This document shows, in pieces, positions 1 to 8,987 of a stretch of DNA of 32,000 bases. The notes under the pieces are model-generated. The model did not search any database, had not been told where the DNA came from, and saw only the letters and a list, made by a program, of their open reading frames with translations. The stretch spans positions 840,001 to 872,000 of the forward strand of contig CP006868.1 in NCBI GenBank assembly GCA_025340205.1. Direction: 5' to 3'. The stretch comes from Ignicoccus pacificus DSM 13166 (GTDB lineage Archaea > Thermoproteota > Thermoprotei_A > Sulfolobales > Ignicoccaceae). Positions within the stretch are counted from its first letter, which is position 1. Each line of letters starts with the position of its first letter. The position numbers and the translations under genes were made by a program.

Positions 1-1
1 A

Positions 2-550
2 CCCTACATAGCTTACCAGCTGCTGTGTTACATCTGGCCGGCTCTTGAAGAGCATGAGAAGAAGATGTTGAGGAATAGCATTCTAGCTGTAGTAGGGCTC
101 TTCTTGTTAGGAGAAATATTCGCGTTCACCATAGTCGTGCCCTTTGGATTGAAGCTGGTCGTGATATTCGGACAAGTAGCTGGAGCTGAGGTGAGATGGT
201 GTCTCTCTGACGTTATCAACTTCGTACTCTTCACGGCGATAGTTACTGGTGCTTCGTTCCTATTGCCTATAATAGTATACTACTTGGTCCTTATAGGACT
301 TCTAAGGCCCGAACAACTCAAAGGAAGAAACATGAGGATAGCATTCCTAATAATAATGTTTATCGCTGCCGTGATAACTCCTGGAGGCACCGGAGTTAGC
401 ATGATAGCGATAGGTATACCGATGTTCGTATTGTACTACTTAGCAGTAAGGATGGCAGAGAAAGCAGTAAAAGAGAGAGAAGAGAGGCAGAGAAAACAAC
501 TTGGAGAGCTAGGTAAGGGAGGAGGTATAAAGTTTGAGAGTACCAAGTAA
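2..550 (+). CDS. tatC: Sec-independent protein translocase TatC, 5'-truncated by the window edge
   Basis: The frame is open upstream of the listed M at 65 to position 2, giving PYIAYQLLCYIWPALEEHEKKMLRNS... This is the TatC P-x-I-x-x-Q...PxLxxxE-K pattern, followed by hydrophobic helices and LLPIIVYYLVLIGLLRPEQLKGRNMRIAFLIIMFIAAVITPG, typical of TatC. Confidence 0.88.
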   Translation, partial: PYIAYQLLCYIWPALEEHEKKMLRNSILAVVGLFLLGEIFAFTIVVPFGLKLVVIFGQVAGAEVRWCLSDVINFVLFTAIVTGASFLLPIIVYYLVLIGLLRPEQLKGRNMRIAFLIIMFIAAVITPGGTGVSMIAIGIPMFVLYYLAVRMAEKAVKEREERQRKQLGELGKGGGIKFESTK

Positions 551-597
551 ATTGCGAAAAATAGATAACTTTTAATTAAAATAATCCATGGACCTCC

Positions 598-1050
598 TTG
601 GAGAACAGTATGAAGTGTTGTCCTGTCCTAACGGTAGATACCGTTGTAATAGATGGTGATAAGGTTCTCTTAGTGAAAAGAGGTGCTGAGCCGTTCAAGG
701 GAAAATGGGCCCTTCCCGGAGGCCATGTAGAGTGTGGTGAGCGCGTTGAGGATGCTGCCTTAAGGGAGCTGAAGGAGGAAACTGGAATAGATGCTGAATT
801 AGTCACCTTACTCTCCGTGTACTCGGATCCTCGTCGAGACCCCAGAGGTCACTACGTCTCAATAGCGTTCATTGCAGTCCCTAAAGAGAAAGGACAAGAG
901 CCTAAGGCATCGACTGATGCAAAGGAGGCCAGATGGTTTAAGATAGGCGAAATTCCTTGGAATGATCTGGCTTTTGATCATGCTCAGATAATCAAAGATG
1001 CATTCCGTATGTTGTTACATCTAAAAAGAGAAGAGGGTTCAACATTTTAG
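598..1050 (+). CDS. NUDIX hydrolase
   Basis: Complete Nudix box GHVECGERVEDAALRELKEETGI. Confidence 0.92.
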   Translation: MENSMKCCPVLTVDTVVIDGDKVLLVKRGAEPFKGKWALPGGHVECGERVEDAALRELKEETGIDAELVTLLSVYSDPRRDPRGHYVSIAFIAVPKEKGQEPKASTDAKEARWFKIGEIPWNDLAFDHAQIIKDAFRMLLHLKREEGSTF

Positions 1051-1085
1051 GTGAACCTAACTCGCAGGAAATACGGTGGTTTTAT

Positions 1086-1934
1086 ATGAAAAGCATGCTA
1101 ATCCTAACCTTGCTTTTGCCGTTCTTAGTGGCCAACACTTTGGTAGCTAGCGTAAGCAGCTTGGCTATGATAGCCTCTTCTGTACTTCCCCAATGGAAAG
1201 TCGTTTCTCTTATGCCACCGGGTGTAAATCCGCTCTTCTGGAAACCCTCTCCCTCCCAAATCACAGAGGCCCTCCGTGCTGACGTATACTTGCAGACAGG
1301 ACATTGGCCATACGAGATCCAAATAGCACAAATGAGAAAGGAAAAGGGATTAGTTACCGTTCCTCCAATTTATGAATTCAAAGATCCTGCCCTCGGTATA
1401 GCAGCATTAGGATTCGCTATATTGAGAATGCCTAACGGTGAACTGAATCCACATGGATGGTGGCTTTACGCTCCCAACGCTTTATCACTTATGAGATCTT
1501 TAGTTATACAATCTTGTCAACTTGAGCCTGCGCATTGTATGAGCTACTTAAAGAATTTCCAAGTTGAAATAGAGAAGGTTAGAGAGGTACTGAAGGAATG
1601 CGTTCCAATATACTATAAGAAGAAAGTTGTAGTTATGATGCCGGTCGAACAATATGCGCTAGCTAACTTCGAGATAAAGGTCCTAAAAGTAGTACAATCA
1701 AAAGGAGCTATACTCAGTGGTCGCGAACTCCGGGAAGCTGTAGATGCTTTAAAGAAGTCCGATGCCTTAGTGATATCAGAAGTCTCAAAAAATGTACCAG
1801 CTACCAAAATAATGGAAACATATGCAAGACGTCTCCATAAACCAGTAATAGAAATAAAGGTGATGTGGGGCAATTGGAAGAGTTATGACATCTACTTGAA
1901 GCAACTTTGTACGGAGCTGAGGGAACTAAGATGA
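1086..1934 (+). CDS. Diverged metal (ZnuA/TroA-type) ABC transporter substrate-binding protein
   Basis: Signal-like N-terminus; VVSLMPPGVNPLFWKPSPSQITEALRADVYLQTG resembles the TroA-family PxGxDPHxxxxxPSxxxxLxxADLxxxxG segment; NPHGWWLYAPNA resembles the second DPHxWLDP segment; next to an ABC-3 type permease. Confidence 0.65.
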   Translation: MKSMLILTLLLPFLVANTLVASVSSLAMIASSVLPQWKVVSLMPPGVNPLFWKPSPSQITEALRADVYLQTGHWPYEIQIAQMRKEKGLVTVPPIYEFKDPALGIAALGFAILRMPNGELNPHGWWLYAPNALSLMRSLVIQSCQLEPAHCMSYLKNFQVEIEKVREVLKECVPIYYKKKVVVMMPVEQYALANFEIKVLKVVQSKGAILSGRELREAVDALKKSDALVISEVSKNVPATKIMETYARRLHKPVIEIKVMWGNWKSYDIYLKQLCTELRELR

Positions 1935-2782
1935 TAGAGTACGTCATAGCATTAGTGACGTCGGCAATACCCCTCTTCTTGGGAGATGTGGGCGTTGCTT
2001 CTGTGATATTAGCACTCTCGATGATAGCTTCACCTTCTACATGTCCTATCATATGTAACAACATGATAGGAGTATTGATGACATCTGCCTTGCTGGGCGT
2101 CTTAATTAACTTACTTGTGACATTCTTCAACCTAACTTTAATCCAAGGTATAATAACATTAATGATATCTACTATAGTGTTAAGTATTATCTATGCATAC
2201 GGGTTAGAGAAGGATATAATCGAAGAGATAAGCGAGTGGAGTGTCATCGTACTAGTATTGGTCATGGTAGGCACGATGTATCTATCTCCAGAGCTTGGTA
2301 GCCAAGCGATGTATTTCATTGCAGGAGGCATATGGGTGGTTTCAACAGACTTGGCACAAGTCTATTTAATAATTGCTATGAGTATCCTACTTATCTCCGT
2401 AGTCTTAAGAGATCATATAGTAGGCACTATGTTTGATAAGGAATATATACTTGCTGTGGGCTCGAATACATACGTAAGATACTTCATTTTGTCATTCTTG
2501 AGTGTGTTCGGTATAGCTGTTACTGCGTATACCATAGGTCTATTTGCTACGCAGACAGTATTAGTATTACCGGTAATAATCTCCTTGAAAATGCTGAAGA
2601 AAAGCATAGAGGAAATAGTTCCTTATACTTTCGCTATCTCAAATACTCTAATGAGTTTGGGAGCTTATTTGTCAATGATCTATGGTATATCTGCAATAGG
2701 AGCATCCTCTGCAATGATGGTATTATTAATAGTATTACTAAAGTTACGTCATTCCAAGCTAGGCAGGACTAGGAAAACATAG
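1907..2782 (+). CDS. ABC-3 family (metal-type) ABC transporter permease; the start is more likely the internal M at about 1931
   Basis: Multi-pass hydrophobic protein with an ABC-3-like C-terminal half (D-x-E-Y-x-x-A-x-G-S...GLFATQTVLVLPVIIS...LGAYLSMIYGISAIGASSAMMVLLIVLL); overlaps the end of the binding protein gene. Confidence 0.65.
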   Translation: MYGAEGTKMIEYVIALVTSAIPLFLGDVGVASVILALSMIASPSTCPIICNNMIGVLMTSALLGVLINLLVTFFNLTLIQGIITLMISTIVLSIIYAYGLEKDIIEEISEWSVIVLVLVMVGTMYLSPELGSQAMYFIAGGIWVVSTDLAQVYLIIAMSILLISVVLRDHIVGTMFDKEYILAVGSNTYVRYFILSFLSVFGIAVTAYTIGLFATQTVLVLPVIISLKMLKKSIEEIVPYTFAISNTLMSLGAYLSMIYGISAIGASSAMMVLLIVLLKLRHSKLGRTRKT

Positions 2783-2790
2783 GGAGTCTG

Positions 2791-3594
2791 ATGGCAGAGC
2801 TTGCCAACCTGGTGAGTATGCTAAACAAAAAGAAAGAGAGAGTTAAAGTATTTGAGAGAGCTAAGGAAATAGCGACCGCGCAGAGAGATAAGCTAGAAGT
2901 GATAGCTGACGCCGTTATGCATGGAGCTAGGATAAATGGAAAGGAACTTAGTCTAGCAATGGAAGCGTTAATAATAGATCCGCAATATTTCTATTATAAA
3001 AGCACGATAGTGGTCACACCAATAGGCTTCTACCTAACTAAGGGATACGCTCTCGATGAGATATATGCTCTTCCTGGAACTCTTCTTATAGAGGGAGACG
3101 AACTCTTCCTACATCCAGTAGTTCAAGAGTACCATGAATATCTCTTCGGCTACCTACTGGATACTATGGGACCTGGTGAGACGGCTCTCTTTACGCCATG
3201 TTCGAAAGTGAAGCCCTATAGAGACAGCTTCATGTATAAAAAGGTAGAGGCGATAATTGATAGGTATGGTAATGATACTTGGAGGTTCATAGTGGGCGAA
3301 CCGCTAGCTATAGTGCCTAGGTATTTCGACCTCTACTATCCCGCTGCACATTATGATTATCCACCAGAGAAGGTTACTGAAGATGAGTACGAGATATATG
3401 TGAATTTAGTAAAGAAGGCGATTGAGCTGATAGCAACCAAGTTCGAGAGAATAATCTATACGCTCCCTAAGAAGCACAAGAAGGTGTTTGAGGAAGCCCT
3501 TAGAAGAGCTCAAGTTGAGGCCCTTTATAGTCCCTATAATGTCTATTACTTCCCGAGGTTGCGTGAGGTGCTTGTCAGTACCGCCTCCGTCTAG
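2791..3594 (+). CDS. DUF5591 / ArcS-like domain protein (archaeosine-synthase related)
   Basis: LFTPCSKVKPYRDSFMYKKVEAII resembles the PCSxxKPYxxS motif of the archaeosine synthase core / DUF5591 family; the C-terminal part is predicted to be alpha/beta. Confidence 0.6.
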   Translation: MAELANLVSMLNKKKERVKVFERAKEIATAQRDKLEVIADAVMHGARINGKELSLAMEALIIDPQYFYYKSTIVVTPIGFYLTKGYALDEIYALPGTLLIEGDELFLHPVVQEYHEYLFGYLLDTMGPGETALFTPCSKVKPYRDSFMYKKVEAIIDRYGNDTWRFIVGEPLAIVPRYFDLYYPAAHYDYPPEKVTEDEYEIYVNLVKKAIELIATKFERIIYTLPKKHKKVFEEALRRAQVEALYSPYNVYYFPRLREVLVSTASV

Positions 3595-3654
3595 TTACGT
3601 CATCTTTATTAAGTATTGCAATTCAAATCCACCCACGAGTGTGGGTGGGAGTTA

Positions 3655-4869
3655 TTGCTCGATATAAAGTCCTTTATAGCAGATAGGGTCTCCTTAATGG
3701 AATCATCCGAGATAAGGGAGATACTCGAACTAACAGAAGGTAAGAATGTAATAAGCCTAGCCGGAGGGTTACCTGATCCGAACTACTTCCCTGTGGATGA
3801 AATGGCCGAGATCGCTAGTGAAATAATCAAGGAATATGGTTCCAGAGCGCTTCAATATAGCGTAACTCGTGGACTAAGGGAGTTTAGAACCGAAATAGTA
3901 AAGTTCATGGAAAGGTCCGGTACCCCGGGCGAGAGACCTTATAATATAATCGTAACCTCGGGTAGTCAACAAGCCTTGAACTTGTTGGCCCAGATATTGG
4001 TAAACCCTGGAGAGATAGTGATAGTTGAAAAACCAACCTACCTAGCTGCCATCAACGTCTTCAAGGCAGTGGGGGCAAGGTTCGAAGGAGTTCCCGTAGA
4101 TAATGAGGGTATGAAAGTAGACGAGTTAGAGGAGAAATTGAAGGCGCTGAAGGCCGACGGAAAGAGAGCTAAGATAGTGTACACCGTTCCTACAGCTCAA
4201 AACCCTTCAGGAGTAAGCATGAGTAATGAGAGAAGAGAAAGGTTGCTCGAGCTGGCTGAGGAGTATGACTTTCTAATTATTGAGGATGATCCCTATAGCC
4301 ACTTCATGTTCGAGGACGTTGATTTCAAAAGGTTGAGGAGTAAGGATAAGTACAGGGTGATATATACTAGCACCTTCAGTAAGATACTAGCTCCAGGGCT
4401 GCGATTGGGATGGGTAGCTGCCCACCCTGACATAATAGACGCGCTAGAAACGGCGAAACAAAACGCTGATTTGCATACCCCTACCTTCAATCAACTCATA
4501 GCTACTGAGGCACTGAAGAGAGGAGTTGTGGACAAGCACATTCCAAAGGTAAAAGAAGCGTACAAGAGAAAGAGGGACGTGATGCTAGAGGCACTTGAGC
4601 AACATATGAGTGGAATGGCTACGTGGACCAAACCAGTTGGGGGGTTATTCATATTCGTATACTTGGACGAGAATATCGACACCAAGGAAATGTTACCTCA
4701 AGCTCTCAGCGCTGGCGTGGCTTACGTGCCAGGAAGCGCCTTCTACATCGACGGTAGTGGAAGGAACACCATGAGATTGAACTTCAGCTACCCCTCAGAG
4801 GAAGAGATAAAGAGCGCTATAGAGAGGCTAGCAAAAGTCGTAAAGGAATATAGTGATAAGCACAAGTGA
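3655..4869 (+). CDS. PLP-dependent class I/II aminotransferase (aromatic/2-aminoadipate LysN-like)
   Basis: VISLAGGLPDPNYFP, RALQYSVTRGLREFR, VTSGSQQALNLLAQIL, TVPTAQNPSGVSMS, YTSTFSKILAPGLRLGW. The ORF opens at TTG 3616, but homologous N-termini (xxIKSFIADRVSLMESSEIRE) suggest a start at TTG 3655 or nearby. Confidence 0.9.
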   Translation: MLDIKSFIADRVSLMESSEIREILELTEGKNVISLAGGLPDPNYFPVDEMAEIASEIIKEYGSRALQYSVTRGLREFRTEIVKFMERSGTPGERPYNIIVTSGSQQALNLLAQILVNPGEIVIVEKPTYLAAINVFKAVGARFEGVPVDNEGMKVDELEEKLKALKADGKRAKIVYTVPTAQNPSGVSMSNERRERLLELAEEYDFLIIEDDPYSHFMFEDVDFKRLRSKDKYRVIYTSTFSKILAPGLRLGWVAAHPDIIDALETAKQNADLHTPTFNQLIATEALKRGVVDKHIPKVKEAYKRKRDVMLEALEQHMSGMATWTKPVGGLFIFVYLDENIDTKEMLPQALSAGVAYVPGSAFYIDGSGRNTMRLNFSYPSEEEIKSAIERLAKVVKEYSDKHK

Positions 4870-4919
4870 ACCCTAAAAGAATTATAATACCTTCTTACAG
4901 ATCCCCCTAGGGGTACGTT

Positions 4920-5399
4920 ATGAACAAGAGGAAGGAAAAAGGTAAGTCCCACTCGAAGAGACCGGTAAGGAACACCCCTCCAAGGTGGATTCAGCTAAAC
5001 CAAGAGGAGATCAAGGCTCTGATAGTGGAACTAGCTAAGAAGGGCTACGGACCTTCTATGATAGGAATAATACTAAGGGATCAGTTTGCTATACCCCTAG
5101 TGAAACCTGTCGTGGGTAAGAAGCTAGTACAAATAATGGAGGAGCAAGGAATAGCTCCTCCCATACCCGAAGACCTCTTCCATTTAATGAGAAGAGCTGT
5201 AAGGGTAAGAGCACATCTCGCCGAGCATCCCAAGGACAAACACTCCGCTAGAGGACTTAACGACATCGAGTCCAAGATAAGGAGGCTAGTTAAGTATTAC
5301 AAGAGGGTTGGCAAACTCCCACCGGACTGGGAGTACGATCCGGAGAGGGCGAGACTACTTGTCCAACAATACTCCGCACTCTTTGAGTCCGGTGCCTAA
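4920..5399 (+). CDS. rps15: 30S ribosomal protein uS15
   Basis: Archaeal S15 sequence with typical extended N-terminus and [26 protein letters not shown]; TATA-like ATTATAATA at 4882-4890 about 30 nt upstream of the start. Confidence 0.95.
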   Translation: MNKRKEKGKSHSKRPVRNTPPRWIQLNQEEIKALIVELAKKGYGPSMIGIILRDQFAIPLVKPVVGKKLVQIMEEQGIAPPIPEDLFHLMRRAVRVRAHLAEHPKDKHSARGLNDIESKIRRLVKYYKRVGKLPPDWEYDPERARLLVQQYSALFESGA

Positions 5400-6696
5400 C
5401 CTCACCACTTTTCTCTCTGAAAATCAAACGGCACAGCAAGCCCTAGAAGCAATAAAAACACTCATAAGCGAGATAAGGGATTATGGTTTTGTAAGGATAT
5501 TCACTCTTCCCACCTTTGAAGAACTAATCGCTGCTTCCCAAGTTCAACAAGTTATGGAAAATAACGATATTCAAGCGCTCGTTGATATATATCCTTTCAA
5601 TTATCCTCCAGAGGACTCGCCTACTATAGTGATCGGAACTAGAATAGGTAAGAGGAGAGCACCTACAATAGAAGTCTCTCCAGGCCCTCTCTTAATGGAA
5701 GAGAGAAGGGTTAGCTTTTGGATAAATAATGGTTCGATAAGTTCTATAATAATAAAAGTACTCGAGGAGATGTTTGTAGTAAAGGAAGAGTATAAGATAT
5801 ATTCTCTAATTGCAGCATACGCTGGTGATCGTGGTGATGTTGGTAGCGGTCTTGATGGATTGATAGTTGAAGATCTAGAGATAGCTGGCATAGTCGAGAA
5901 GAGCTTCACGTTCTCGTTATACAAGTGGAAGAGCCTACCCTTAATACATTCCGTCGCCTATACAGCGGTTCCATACTTCCACGGTCTCTTAGCGTCTCCA
6001 GAGAAAGTGTTAAACTTCTTGAAGGCATCAGGAATAGACATTGAGGAAACTGAAAGATTGTTGGATATGATGACGGAAGAGGAGAAGTTAGTTAATACAT
6101 TAAAAGCCTTAACCGAATATCTAAATAATGTAAGTAAAAGGAAGCGAGAAGTGACAGAAATACTATATGAAGGTGTTGAAGTGAAGGAAGACGCTACGAA
6201 GAACTTCGATGTCCCATCGATATTGATGCATGGTTTCAAGCAAGGAAGTTTGATCTTCCTAGGCGTATCTGACATCTCCTTGTATCATGTAGTTAGCTTA
6301 ATTACCTTGGGTAAATATTACTATAAGGCCGAAGACTTGTATTTGAAGACGATAACGTTTGCATCAAGCGAACTTCCAGCGGCACTAGCTGTTCCGAAAA
6401 GCTACACCGTATCCGGAAGGAGGGGTACATTGTTATTCTTGCCCGAAAAACCTCCCTCTCCAACTTTGCTATATCGTATGGTTAGAGACTTTGGGATAGG
6501 TAGAGAGGCTGCCCATGTTGTGGGATTCAACGCTTCATCGAAGACTATGGTTCCAATAGATTCTCTAAAAAGAGCATCCTTAGATGTAATAGGTATAATC
6601 AGGAGAAGTATCAGTAAGGGCTGGAAAATTGACGGTGGATGCTTGGTGAAAGAAGATGAAGATGGGAGAGAGTTCAAGGAATTGTTATCAAGTTAA
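5392..6696 (+). CDS. RecJ-like / RecJdbh-type protein (GINS-associated, apparently lacking DHH catalytic motifs)
   Basis: Position in the conserved crenarchaeal order rps15 / recJ-like / pcc1 / rps3ae; internal GTG at 5392 overlaps the rps15 stop and gives [12 protein letters not shown]...; a GSG-x-DGLIV region and a late GGRxGTLLF segment. Assignment rests mainly on gene order. Confidence 0.5.
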   Translation: MPNLTTFLSENQTAQQALEAIKTLISEIRDYGFVRIFTLPTFEELIAASQVQQVMENNDIQALVDIYPFNYPPEDSPTIVIGTRIGKRRAPTIEVSPGPLLMEERRVSFWINNGSISSIIIKVLEEMFVVKEEYKIYSLIAAYAGDRGDVGSGLDGLIVEDLEIAGIVEKSFTFSLYKWKSLPLIHSVAYTAVPYFHGLLASPEKVLNFLKASGIDIEETERLLDMMTEEEKLVNTLKALTEYLNNVSKRKREVTEILYEGVEVKEDATKNFDVPSILMHGFKQGSLIFLGVSDISLYHVVSLITLGKYYYKAEDLYLKTITFASSELPAALAVPKSYTVSGRRGTLLFLPEKPPSPTLLYRMVRDFGIGREAAHVVGFNASSKTMVPIDSLKRASLDVIGIIRRSISKGWKIDGGCLVKEDEDGREFKELLSS

Positions 6697-6916
6697 GGTT
6701 AAGTTGGAGATAATAACCGATGACGTCAAAACACTATTCGAATCACTCAAACCAGACGACGTAGAAGTAAGGGGGTTGAATTACAAGTCCTATATCGAAG
6801 AAGGTATGCTAATATATGAGTTTGAAAGCGATCAAATCCTTACTCTAAGGAATGCGCTAGATGATGTTCTGGAAAAAGCATCCCTCGTCGAGGAAGTATT
6901 AAAAGGGACGCAATGA
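6656..6916 (+). CDS. pcc1: KEOPS complex subunit Pcc1-like protein; true start probably near 6710
   Basis: Small protein [23 protein letters not shown]...YEFESDQILTLRNALDDVLEKASLVEEVL, with Pcc1/CTAG-like pattern and length, between the recJ-like gene and eS1. Confidence 0.7.
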   Translation: MKMGESSRNCYQVKVKLEIITDDVKTLFESLKPDDVEVRGLNYKSYIEEGMLIYEFESDQILTLRNALDDVLEKASLVEEVLKGTQ

Positions 6917-6937
6917 AGCTCAGCGGGGATATCCACA

Positions 6938-7576
6938 GTGTCCGCTAGAAGGAGAATAGGCGGTAAGGATCGATGGAGGATAAAGAAGTGGTATAATATA
7001 GTCACCCCCGAGGTCTTCAATAACGTCATCGTAGGTCAGACCCCAGCAGACGAACCTTGGAAGCTGATAGGAAGGGTCCTCGATACCACCCTCTATGATA
7101 TAACCGGTGATTTTACATATGTTCATGTACACGTATATCTACAAGTAATCGATGTTGATGAGAAGAACTTACAAGTGTTTACTAGGTTCAAGGGCCACGA
7201 ACTCGCTAGGGACTACATAAGAAGCTTGACTAGAAGGAAGAGTTCAAAGGTGGAGGGAATATTTGACGTATGGACTAAGGATGGTTATGGACTTAGGTTA
7301 ACCATAGACACCTTTACCGCCTACCGCTGCCAGACCAGCCAGAAGAAAGCCATAAGGAAGATACAGAAGGAAGTGGTAGAGGAGTTGGTACCTCAGATGA
7401 CTCTAAATGAACTTATCAACGCGATGCTATTCGGTGACTTGAGTGAGGAGATATCCAAAAGAGCTAGGAAGATATATCCAATAAGAAGGACAGAGATCTA
7501 TAAGTCAAAGTTGCTCTATGTCCCTGGAAAGGAGGGTCCGGTTAAGGCTGTCGTGGTCCCCCAGCCTCCTGCCTAA
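6938..7576 (+). CDS. rps3ae: 30S ribosomal protein eS1 (S3Ae), GTG start
   Basis: RRIGGKDRWRIKKWYNIVTPEVFNNVIVGQTPADEPWKLIGRVLDTTLYDITGDF is a characteristic S3Ae N-terminal region. Confidence 0.95.
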   Translation: MSARRRIGGKDRWRIKKWYNIVTPEVFNNVIVGQTPADEPWKLIGRVLDTTLYDITGDFTYVHVHVYLQVIDVDEKNLQVFTRFKGHELARDYIRSLTRRKSSKVEGIFDVWTKDGYGLRLTIDTFTAYRCQTSQKKAIRKIQKEVVEELVPQMTLNELINAMLFGDLSEEISKRARKIYPIRRTEIYKSKLLYVPGKEGPVKAVVVPQPPA

Positions 7577-8375
7577 AGGTACAAGTTTCTTTGAATGGGC
7601 ACTTTTCACATAATGGATTCTTACTCCTGCAGATTCTCCTGCCGAAGAGTATTAAGTACATGTGAGCTTCTAGTTCCTTGCCCTTGAAAAGTTCTGATAA
7701 TTTATTGCTCACCTTATCGTAGCTTCCGGAAGCTAAGCCCAGCCGCTTCGCTATCCTAAAGATGTGCGTATCAACGGGAAATGTTGGATGACCGAAGTTT
7801 AGGAGCACTACGTCAGCTGTTTTCTTACCTATACCCTTTATAGTAAGTAAGTAATCCCTATCTCCCTCTAGAATGGCTTTTGTAACCTCTTCCTTACGTT
7901 TACAAGCCTCTAAAATTGCTCTGGCTTTTGACTTGTACAATCCAGCTGGTCTTATGGCTTCTTCAATTTCTTGAAGTTCCAAATTACAGATATTTTCGAC
8001 GCTTCCAGCTCTCTTCAGTAAATTAAACCATGCCTTAAAGGCATTAGCTTCATTAGTATTTTGAGAGAGAATCGTTGCTATAAGTGTTGCAAGAGGATCT
8101 TTTGTTAACTTATGGACGTAGAAGGCGATGAACTCCCGTTCATTGATAGGTCCTAAAACTTCCTTCAAGACATCTAGCGTCTTCTCAATGCCCTTAACAT
8201 GGTCTCTATTATTTGGAACGGGTTTTGCTCCCTTCTTAGTTTGTCTAATGCTGCGAGCATGTCGTTGAGCGTCTTGAAGTTCAGTACCCAAGCAACCCAT
8301 CCCGACATGATTATAGCTATAGCGGATAATATCAATATTCCGACAATTTTCATCCCTATTCTCCATGCATACCAC
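7542..8375 (-). CDS. nth: Endonuclease III-type DNA glycosylase/AP lyase; true start downstream of the ORF start (about 8200-8250)
   Basis: HhH motif LLTIKGIGKKTADVVLLNFGHPTFPVDTHIFRIAKRLGL and [4Fe-4S] loop CRSKNPLCEKCPFKETC. Confidence 0.9.
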   Translation of the reverse strand: MVCMENRDENCRNIDIIRYSYNHVGMGCLGTELQDAQRHARSIRQTKKGAKPVPNNRDHVKGIEKTLDVLKEVLGPINEREFIAFYVHKLTKDPLATLIATILSQNTNEANAFKAWFNLLKRAGSVENICNLELQEIEEAIRPAGLYKSKARAILEACKRKEEVTKAILEGDRDYLLTIKGIGKKTADVVLLNFGHPTFPVDTHIFRIAKRLGLASGSYDKVSNKLSELFKGKELEAHMYLILFGRRICRSKNPLCEKCPFKETCTFRQEAGGPRQP

Positions 8376-8761
8376 TTTTTCTCTATAGGTAGCATTTCCT
8401 TTCTTCTCAAGATAATGTAAGTTATGTCTCTTAGTAATCTATAGAAAAGTTTTGCGTCGAAGTAGAGTAGAATGCCTAGAGGTATAGCTATGCCTAGTGC
8501 GAAGAAGTGTATTTGATGCTTTAATACGAAGTTTATTAGTTCTTGTCTGAACTTAATTATCTCGTATGGTAGTCTCTTTATGAACTCTTGAATTTGTTGG
8601 GGAAACGATTGAGCTAGTACCACGTTAATAATGACCAATATCATCGCTAGTCTTCTCTTATTAGTATGTAGATCCAAGGCTTTCCCCCACTCCGACAGCA
8701 CTTTAAGCCTACTAGTAGCGGGTAACAGAGACCTTTTTCTTTTATTATGTGATAGCTCCAC
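8174..8761 (-). CDS. Small membrane protein of unknown function; the real start is probably the internal M at about 8647
   Basis: MILVIINVVLAQSFPQQIQEF is a signal-like N-terminus, followed by two hydrophobic segments (FFALGIAIPLGILLYF; GMKIVGILILSAIAIIMSGWVAWVL). Confidence 0.6.
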   Translation of the reverse strand: MELSHNKRKRSLLPATSRLKVLSEWGKALDLHTNKRRLAMILVIINVVLAQSFPQQIQEFIKRLPYEIIKFRQELINFVLKHQIHFFALGIAIPLGILLYFDAKLFYRLLRDITYIILRRKEMLPIEKKWYAWRIGMKIVGILILSAIAIIMSGWVAWVLNFKTLNDMLAALDKLRREQNPFQIIETMLRALRRR

Positions 8762-8987
8762 GAGATCAAGGGCAAAAGAGTCAGCGTTATGTTTACCTTA
8801 TGTGTTAATACTAAGTACATTAATGTGAAAGCCCTCACTATCGTGAAATCGAGGGATGAGAAAAGTAGGGGTAGGGTAGGATTGTCAGAGAAAATCAATA
8901 CTAGGGCCACCGAGAGTTCAATGAAATAACAGAAGAGGGCTCCCAGTGGACTAGGAGCAATCATCTCATCAGCACTCGGGTTCTTCG

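Noticed and set aside
4904-4913. Perfect palindrome CCCCTAGGGG upstream of rps15
   Set aside because: Only 10 bp with no loop; probably incidental at the transcription start region following the ATTATAATA element.
7542-7576. 35-bp convergent overlap between rps3ae and nth
   Set aside because: Short tail-to-tail overlaps are common in compact archaeal genomes and both proteins look intact.
8762-8987. 226-bp gap between the small membrane protein gene and queC as a possible ncRNA locus
   Set aside because: Only short, imperfect pairings (e.g. CCCTCAC...GTGAAATCGAGGG) are visible; no recognised RNA boxes or tRNA features. The minus-strand ORF at 8647-8991 has no supported homology.
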